A stretch of DNA of 64,000 bases from Vitreimonas sp. GTDB lineage: Bacteria; Patescibacteriota; Microgenomatia; UBA1400; PJMF01. This document shows, in pieces, positions 57,512 to 64,000 of this stretch. Every line of letters starts with the position of its first letter. Position 1 is the first letter of the stretch. The notes under the pieces are model-generated. The model saw nothing but the letters and a program-made list of their open reading frames with translations. It did not search any database and was not told the origin of the DNA. The position numbers were made by a program, and so were the translations under genes. The stretch is taken from positions 842,331 through 906,330 of the forward strand of contig DASPLQ010000012.1 in NCBI GenBank assembly GCA_035627515.1, written 5' to 3'.

Positions 57512-59553
57512 TTGGTAGGCTGACCAATAATCTCGGCTGCAGTCTGGGGAATAATCACGTCCACTCCGGCTTCAGGATTTTTTTCAAAGATGACGACTTC
57601 ATTATTAGGCTCAAGCTGAGGTTGTGGGAGATGCACGATTTTACCACCGGGTTTGGCAGAAAGTTCAGGATGCTCGCTAATTAAGCGAGTGATATAGGCC
57701 TCTTGGTTAGCTTTTAATACTTCTGGGCTAAAGATACGATGTGGCCGAGTAATAATTTTGACACTAGCAAAACCTTTCAGCTGGTCAAGTTTACTTTGAT
57801 TATATTTTTGAACCACAAAACCAATAGGAATCGGTTCACTGCCGATGCTGCTGACCAGTAATCTTTCTTCCAAATTAACTTCAGATTGCCCGGTTAGTTC
57901 ACCTAATAATTTGAGAAATTCCGGGGTATTAGTCATTAATTGAGGTGTGACTAAAATGAAAGGATGATCATTGACGGCCGAGAGTGTTAACTTATCACTA
58001 GTACTCAGTACACCGCTGGGCGCATAGGCTTCTCGTAACTCAACTTTACTTTGCGCTGTAAAGTGTGGCACTACCATCTCCCAATCCCATTGCCAATACC
58101 AGTAGTTATTGCGCCTCGTCAGTATGACTGGACTGTAAGTAGTAATTTCACCAATTGGAGTTTGAAAACGAGTGGTGATGTTAGTAGCGACTTGATTTTG
58201 CCACGGCCAGACTCTGGGTAAATTGAGCTCAGCTGAGCGCGTACTGACTTGAAGCTCGCCTTCGAATTTCTTGAGAGTTAAGAAAAAATCTCGCCGGGTA
58301 GGTGGAGATTCCGCAGGCAAACTCAAAAAAGAATAAACGTCTTGATAATGTCCCCGATTCCAGTTTTGGATTGCAAACGGTAAGTTGGTTTGTGGCCGCG
58401 CGGGTAAAAACCAGAAGGCTTGGACAATAATTAAACCAATTATGAGCTGATGGAGTGGTTTCTTCCCTTGTAGATGTGGTACCAAAAAGATAATCATCAG
58501 AGGGAGTATCACTAAGAAGTAGCGCGCCCAAAACGGAGTCAGACTTTGAAGGCCTAAGATACCTAAAGTTATTAAGGCTACATAATCTAGTGAGGGCGAG
58601 AGGGTTTTCGGACGTGACACCACTCGCCTGTGGACCCATACCAGCATTGCAACTAGACTAAGTGGCCACAAAATACTCCATTCCTGAATACTTTCCCAAT
58701 TGGAAGTGTTCCACCACCCTACGTAATGTCCGGTTAAGGTACTAAACCAGACCATCAAAGGGACGGTTTTAATTCCTGATTGGGCATAAAAGTTAATCAT
58801 CCATTTTTGTGTTCCAATCCACTCGAGCAAGGTGTGGCCAGATAAGAAATATGACCAGTACAAGGCTAAATATGTCAGTCCGGCAATGGCTAAAATACTG
58901 AACCACTCTAACCAGCGTTTTCGGCCCAGCATCCATCCAGCGGCTAGCACTAGAACAGGAACATACAGCGGTGCTTTGGTAGCGGTAAAAAGTCCAAGGC
59001 CGACCCCAGCTCCAATTACTAACCACCCGGTTTGAAGCGTTCGCGTTTTGACATTAAGTAATAAGGTGAGACAAGTACTATGAATTAATAGAGCTAATAA
59101 AAGTGGTAAATCCATCATGGTCTGTGATAGCTGGGAGAAAAAAAGAGGAGTAATAGCTAACAGCCCTACAGCCAGCCAGACTTGCTGATCAGTATGAAGC
59201 AGTGCTCGACATAAGCAGTAATAACAGCCTAACGCAATCATAAACATCATTAACGATGCCCAGTAAGGGTTGCCTAGCCATGTGGCAGCGAGGCCATAGG
59301 CCCATTTTCCAAAAGGAGGAACTTCAGGATTAGTGGTAAAGTAATCCTGCTGATTCACTAACCGATATCCAGCCACTTGATAGAGCTCATTATCAGAAAT
59401 GATACGTGTACTCAAGGGAATTCGCCATTGTGATTGATCATAGAGATCTGACAGGTAGGAATATTCGAAAGGTTGAACAAAGACTCGACGACTAGCAATG
59501 ACCACTAGCGCAAGCCATGCCACCAACAAAAACCACCGCAGTTTATACCACAT
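57508..59553 (-). CDS. GT-C (PMT-like) glycosyltransferase fused to MecA_N-like and PBP-dimer-like domains, without a transpeptidase domain
   Basis: N-terminus: SDNE.Y, NPEVPPFGK, MMD, TK; C-terminus: WNRGHYQDVYSFLS, TPIG, W.WQW..VVP, SG.LSTSD..LS, PEAGVDV. Confidence 0.7.
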   Translation of the reverse strand: MWYKLRWFLLVAWLALVVIASRRVFVQPFEYSYLSDLYDQSQWRIPLSTRIISDNELYQVAGYRLVNQQDYFTTNPEVPPFGKWAYGLAATWLGNPYWASLMMFMIALGCYYCLCRALLHTDQQVWLAVGLLAITPLFFSQLSQTMMDLPLLLALLIHSTCLTLLLNVKTRTLQTGWLVIGAGVGLGLFTATKAPLYVPVLVLAAGWMLGRKRWLEWFSILAIAGLTYLALYWSYFLSGHTLLEWIGTQKWMINFYAQSGIKTVPLMVWFSTLTGHYVGWWNTSNWESIQEWSILWPLSLVAMLVWVHRRVVSRPKTLSPSLDYVALITLGILGLQSLTPFWARYFLVILPLMIIFLVPHLQGKKPLHQLIIGLIIVQAFWFLPARPQTNLPFAIQNWNRGHYQDVYSFLSLPAESPPTRRDFFLTLKKFEGELQVSTRSAELNLPRVWPWQNQVATNITTRFQTPIGEITTYSPVILTRRNNYWYWQWDWEMVVPHFTAQSKVELREAYAPSGVLSTSDKLTLSAVNDHPFILVTPQLMTNTPEFLKLLGELTGQSEVNLEERLLVSSIGSEPIPIGFVVQKYNQSKLDQLKGFASVKIITRPHRIFSPEVLKANQEAYITRLISEHPELSAKPGGKIVHLPQPQLEPNNEVVIFEKNPEAGVDVIIPQTAAEIIGQPTN

Positions 59554-59646
59554 AGCTACCTTTATACCGTGTTTCCCCAAGTGAAGCTAGGTCTAATCCG
59601 CTCCTCAACCTCGACAGGTTAGTGTATGATAAATGAGTTGCAAGCT

Positions 59647-61314
59647 ATGTTACGAGCTTTTTTTACTAAACAGTGGTATTACATTTTGATAGCAGCTATT
59701 GTTGTGGTAGCTGCAGGACTCCGCTTTTATCAACTAGGAGGAGTTCCTCACGGAATGACATGGGATGAGGCTGCCATTGGTTACAATGGATACGCCGTTA
59801 TTTCCACGCGGCGTGATGAGTGGCTGGTGAAGTTGCCGGTGTCGTTTAAGTCTTTTGGTGATTACAAAGCGCCCTTAGCCATTTATATCAATGGCTTTTT
59901 TACCTATGCCCTAGGTATGGAGTTATGGGTGGTGAGATTGCCTTTTGCTTTAGCTGGAGTGATGGCAGTGCTAGGGATGATATTGTTAGTGGAAAAGATC
60001 TGGCAAGATGTTGATGAACCTCGAGCACGCTTAGTAAGCTTGTTGGCTGGAGTAGGACTGGCTTTTTCACCGTGGCATTTGCACTTTTCCCGGGTGGGTT
60101 TCGAATCAGCAATGGCTTTAAGTTTTCTCATTTGGGGCATCTATTTCCTCATGAAAATGGTGAACGAATCTAAAACGGTCTTGAAATACTTGTGGATGAT
60201 GAGTACGGCGGTGATGCTGGTTGCCAGTATTTATACCTATCACAGTGCCAAGCTAGTTGTACCCTTGGTGACAGCGCTTATTCTCTTCTGGCAGCTACGA
60301 AAAGCTCTCAAAAACGTAGTCTTATTAGGTGTCACTGGAGCGCTATCGACAGTCATGTTATGCCCACTGCTAAGTGATTTATTGTGGGCTAGCGGTAGCG
60401 AGCGATTTCATCAAGCTACACTGTTTAATAAAGGCTATGAAGTTTCACAATTATTGTCAGTCCTGATAGCTCATTTTGTAGCACATCTTGATCCGCGATT
60501 TTTAGTTTTAGGCAAAACTGATACGTTACGGCATGGTGATGGAGTATGGGGAATTTTGTTACCAACTACTTTCACATTGGCCCTGATAGGGTTGGCGTTT
60601 TTAATATTTTATACTCTGAAAAGCACAGTTGAAAAGAAAGCACATTCATATAAACAACTCTTATGGTTAGGATTAGGTTGGGCAATAATTGGCATTGTTC
60701 CCGCTATGCTCGGCGTTGATGCCCCGCATAGTAATCGGGCTTTGCTCGCACTACCCGGATTTTTATTGTTAGCACTGGGGGGTCTAGTGATGATCACTGA
60801 GGGTATTAAAAATTCTCAGCTTAATAAAAATATTCAGGGAACACATGGTGAAAAGAATATGGTTCTCAAAGCAGTTATTGGCGGTATAGTTTTGGTTCAT
60901 AGTTTATTTGTTCTCAGTTACTTGCAGCATTACTATACGGCTTTTGCTGCCCAATCTGCGGATGACTTCAAAGATGGGTATCTTGAAACCTTGCGATATG
61001 TTATTCCTTATGAGAAGGGTCTCGAGCGGCGACCCAAAGTCGACCAAATTTTATTTACCAATAAATATGGTCAACCCTATATTTATACATTGTTTGCTCG
61101 TCGTACCAATCCCATTTGGTATCAAGGCGGAGTATTAAACACGTATTTATTTACCGACTTGATCAGGCCCAGTGATTTAGAGCGACCAAATACCCTGATT
61201 GTAGCTGCTGCTGATGATCCATTACCGATCGAGAAAGCTGAAAAAATTGTGTATGGAAGTGATGGCAAAGTGAAGTTTAAAATTTATTATACTGGTTCAT
61301 CTTTCTTACCATGA
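59647..61314 (+). CDS. GT-C glycosyltransferase (ArnT/PMT-like)
   Basis: WDEAAIGYN, SFGDYK.P, SPWHLHFSRVGFE, YTYHS. Confidence 0.88.
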   Translation: MLRAFFTKQWYYILIAAIVVVAAGLRFYQLGGVPHGMTWDEAAIGYNGYAVISTRRDEWLVKLPVSFKSFGDYKAPLAIYINGFFTYALGMELWVVRLPFALAGVMAVLGMILLVEKIWQDVDEPRARLVSLLAGVGLAFSPWHLHFSRVGFESAMALSFLIWGIYFLMKMVNESKTVLKYLWMMSTAVMLVASIYTYHSAKLVVPLVTALILFWQLRKALKNVVLLGVTGALSTVMLCPLLSDLLWASGSERFHQATLFNKGYEVSQLLSVLIAHFVAHLDPRFLVLGKTDTLRHGDGVWGILLPTTFTLALIGLAFLIFYTLKSTVEKKAHSYKQLLWLGLGWAIIGIVPAMLGVDAPHSNRALLALPGFLLLALGGLVMITEGIKNSQLNKNIQGTHGEKNMVLKAVIGGIVLVHSLFVLSYLQHYYTAFAAQSADDFKDGYLETLRYVIPYEKGLERRPKVDQILFTNKYGQPYIYTLFARRTNPIWYQGGVLNTYLFTDLIRPSDLERPNTLIVAAADDPLPIEKAEKIVYGSDGKVKFKIYYTGSSFLP

Positions 61315-63050
61315 GTAAGCATCTTTTTTCTATTGCGCTAAGCTTGATCCTGTTGGGAGCAGTATTTTTGAGACTTTATAGATTAGACTCACTGCCAGCT
61401 TCACTATATTGGGAAGAAGCGGCATTAGGTTATGACGCTTACTCGATGTGGCAAACGGGTCGTGATCATCATGGTAATGCCTGGCCGATAGTAGCCTTTG
61501 AATCATTTGGCGACTACAAACCAAGTCTCTATTTTTATGCCATTGTGCCGTTTGTGGCCACTCTAGGTCTTAATGAGTGGGCTGTTCGGTTACCTTCAGC
61601 TGTAGCAGGCATGGCCACTGTCGTGGCCGTGGGTTTAATTGCTCAACTCTTAGCAAAAAAATGGTTTTCGAATTCTAAAGCTCAATACTTATTATTAATC
61701 GCAATGGCAGTAGCTGGTATTTCACCGTGGGCGTTGGTTTTTTCTCGTGGGGGCTGGGAAGTCAACTTAGCGACTGCTTTGATCAGCTGGGGGATGTATT
61801 GTGGGTTGCGTTATGAGTCACAGTTGAGAGAAGTAAAAGGGACTGACCTTAAGTGGCTGGTGGGCAGTGTCATAGCTTTAGTCTTATCAATGTATGCCTA
61901 TCATGCCACCCGGTTGCTTGCACCATTACTTGGTATGTGTTTAGTGATGATGTGGAGTGCAACTGTGTTGAGCAATAAAACGAGTAGGTCATTAGCTATG
62001 ATAGCTAAACAGTGGTTAATAGCTGGTTTATTGAGTGTCTTATTATTAATGCCGATTCTTAGTTCTTTAGGCAATCAAAGCACATCTCAACGTTTTGCCG
62101 AAACCAGCATTTTAAATGATGTGACCTTTGTAGAGGAAAGTAATCTCAGACAGGAGCGAGCCGGCCACACCTTAGCCAGTAAACTTCTTTATCATCGTTA
62201 CTGGTTTTATGGCAAAGCCATTGCACTTAATTATTTTTCGCACCTCTCTATAGATTTCATGTTTGTGGCAGGTGATGCAAATCCGCGGCACTCAGTACAA
62301 TTTTTTGGGCAGCTCTATCATATTGAATTTATTTTTTTGTTAGCAGGAATCTATGTTGCTATTCGGAAGGGTGATAGGTATAGCTGGTTATTATTTGGTT
62401 GGTTAGTATTAAGTATCTTACCGGCCGCGATCACTAAAGCATCTCCACATGCTTTGCGCATCTTGCCGGGTTTACCAGTGTGGTTAGTACTGATTTCGGT
62501 AGGCATTGTTGAGTTGCACACGTATGTGGTTAATGGTCTTCAGGGTTTATTGAAGTCATGGAGAATTAAAAAAATCACACTTGCTTTAGGCCTAGGTGCA
62601 GCAATTGCCGTGTTATACCTGATTGAACTCACTGTTTTTTGGCGTTTTTATTCAAAAGTCTATGCTGTCATTTATGCCAGTGAGTGGCAGTATGGATACG
62701 AACAAATGGTACAAGCGGTCAGCCGCTCACAATTAGCCAATGATCAGTTGCCCGTTTATATTACACGCGAACAAGGCCGGCCAGCAATGTATTATTGGTT
62801 CTACACTCAAGCCAATCCGGCTAAAGTTCAAGCAGCTGATGCCGCTGCTAAACAAGACCAAGGTGAGTATATCGAATTTGAAAATATTAAGTTTCCTAAT
62901 ACCGTTAATGAAGTGGGTAACTCCCCAGCTATAGTAGCTTCTTCCCAAGAAGGTTTTACACAACTCTCATCACGCCATCGCGTGGAAGTGATAGAAGAAG
63001 TTAATGATTTGCGAGGCAAGACGGTGTGGGTAGTGTATAAGATTCTTTAA
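61311..63050 (+). CDS. GT-C glycosyltransferase (ArnT/PMT-like)
   Basis: WEEAALGYDAYS..TGRDHHG, SFGDYKP, SPW..FSRGGWE. Confidence 0.88.
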   Translation: MSKHLFSIALSLILLGAVFLRLYRLDSLPASLYWEEAALGYDAYSMWQTGRDHHGNAWPIVAFESFGDYKPSLYFYAIVPFVATLGLNEWAVRLPSAVAGMATVVAVGLIAQLLAKKWFSNSKAQYLLLIAMAVAGISPWALVFSRGGWEVNLATALISWGMYCGLRYESQLREVKGTDLKWLVGSVIALVLSMYAYHATRLLAPLLGMCLVMMWSATVLSNKTSRSLAMIAKQWLIAGLLSVLLLMPILSSLGNQSTSQRFAETSILNDVTFVEESNLRQERAGHTLASKLLYHRYWFYGKAIALNYFSHLSIDFMFVAGDANPRHSVQFFGQLYHIEFIFLLAGIYVAIRKGDRYSWLLFGWLVLSILPAAITKASPHALRILPGLPVWLVLISVGIVELHTYVVNGLQGLLKSWRIKKITLALGLGAAIAVLYLIELTVFWRFYSKVYAVIYASEWQYGYEQMVQAVSRSQLANDQLPVYITREQGRPAMYYWFYTQANPAKVQAADAAAKQDQGEYIEFENIKFPNTVNEVGNSPAIVASSQEGFTQLSSRHRVEVIEEVNDLRGKTVWVVYKIL

Positions 63051-63748
63051 ATCTCTTTTTGTAGTTTAAACACGATTGCATTGGGCAAACGATATTTTTC
63101 TTCGGGCCAGTTTTTATATTTTTTTGAGATGGTGGTTTCTACCATGTTAAGAAGTTTAAAGTTGTGTTTATTAATCAGTTGAATATATGTATCCAAAGGC
63201 TCGTAATAATTAAAAATTTCAACATCGTAAGAATTAATTGGAAACCATACTTTTTGTGAGCGTGAAAAATCGATATTTTGTACATGATTAAATAACCACA
63301 CCGGATGCGGAATAGAAAAAGTAAAAACACCTTGAGGTTTTAACCAAGAGTTAACATTGGTAAATAGTAAGTCGAGCTGGGTGGAATAAGTCAGTGTAAA
63401 ACTAGCATTAATGACGTCAAAGGAGCTTGGTTCAAAAGAAACTGTTTCGTGTTCTGCTCTGAAGAAATAGCCTTTATTTCTACATAAAGTTTGAGTTATT
63501 TTAACCATTTTTTCACTGGCGTCGTAACCGGTAACATTGGCACCACTTTTAATAAACTCATGAGCATGTTTACCTAAACCACAACCCATATCGAGAACAT
63601 TTTTACTTTTTAAATCGCCCAGTAACTTCATGACTGCTGGCAGCTCTGTGACATCATTAGAAGCTTTATTACGGTTAGCAGAATATTTCTGTGAAATCGC
63701 GTTATATAGTGACCGAGGTGAGCGATACTTCATTTTAGAATCTGTCAT
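63047..63748 (-). CDS. Class I SAM-dependent methyltransferase
   Basis: VLDMGCGLG, GYDAS..M, FDV, LKPQG.F.FS..HP. Confidence 0.92.
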   Translation of the reverse strand: MTDSKMKYRSPRSLYNAISQKYSANRNKASNDVTELPAVMKLLGDLKSKNVLDMGCGLGKHAHEFIKSGANVTGYDASEKMVKITQTLCRNKGYFFRAEHETVSFEPSSFDVINASFTLTYSTQLDLLFTNVNSWLKPQGVFTFSIPHPVWLFNHVQNIDFSRSQKVWFPINSYDVEIFNYYEPLDTYIQLINKHNFKLLNMVETTISKKYKNWPEEKYRLPNAIVFKLQKEI

Positions 63749-64000
63749 CTAAACTTTACATTCTTCCGTGGTGGTGTAACTTTTAAATGACGTTTGTCGC
63801 TACTGGATATGTCCACTGGCAGCCAAAAGTACTGATAGGCAACATACACCCAGCCCACACTCATTATCACGATCATCAACACTCGCCACAGACCGACCAA
63901 AATAGGAACAGTTAAAAAGCCAACTTCATCATTAGATGCTTGGCTAAGAGTGACCCAAATCATGAGGGTTGAGGGTACTGTAAAGGCCAGTTGGTGTTTG
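63745..64000 (-). CDS. Membrane protein, C-terminal fragment (runs off window)
   Basis: Frame open to the window end; hydrophobic segments. Confidence 0.55.
   Translation of the reverse strand, partial: KHQLAFTVPSTLMIWVTLSQASNDEVGFLTVPILVGLWRVLMIVIMSVGWVYVAYQYFWLPVDISSSDKRHLKVTPPRKNVKFR

Noticed and set aside
1-64000. Genetic code 25 recoding, DGR, prophage or intact IS
   Set aside because: Conserved genes are full length in code 11 and TGA terminates infA; no reverse transcriptase, TR/VR pair, integrase, transposase or phage structural gene was recognised

Overview
A ~42% GC, gene-dense chromosomal window in standard genetic code 11. It most likely comes from a Patescibacteria (CPR) Microgenomates-type genome; this is inferred from gene content and style only. 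Layout: (i) 1-8547 is the end of the spc/alpha ribosomal superoperon (secY-adk-map-infA-rpmJ-rpsM-rpsK-rpsD-rpoA-rplQ-rplM-rpsI), interrupted by two orphan genes. (ii) 10.6-16.5 kb is an ABC-2 locus with one ATPase and three tandem permease pairs. (iii) 16.6-18.6 kb holds HU, VanZ and a lamin-tail-domain surface protein. (iv) 23.9-27.8 kb is an accessory patch with a GC-rich membrane-anchored orphan behind a ~370-nt highly structured leader or ncRNA, two paralogous orphans ending in a sigma70 region-4-like HTH, and a small secreted protein with a sortase-like tail. (v) A very large surface-glycosylation region contains about 11 GT-C-fold membrane proteins, polyprenyl-phosphate sugar synthases, GT2/GT4 enzymes, Wzx, LCP, gmd/rmd, ugd and rmlBCD. 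Most notable observations: a GT-C transferase fused to the non-catalytic MecA_N/PBP-dimer pedestal of a class B PBP; the structured-RNA/sigma-region-4 patch; pervasive -10 boxes 6-8 nt before start codons (leaderless transcription); a dispersed 8-mer repeat with an in-frame palindrome; a degenerate ~45-bp repeat; and an orphan kinase-like gene. No tRNA, rRNA, CRISPR array, transposase or reverse transcriptase was seen. All family calls are by eye, without database searches.
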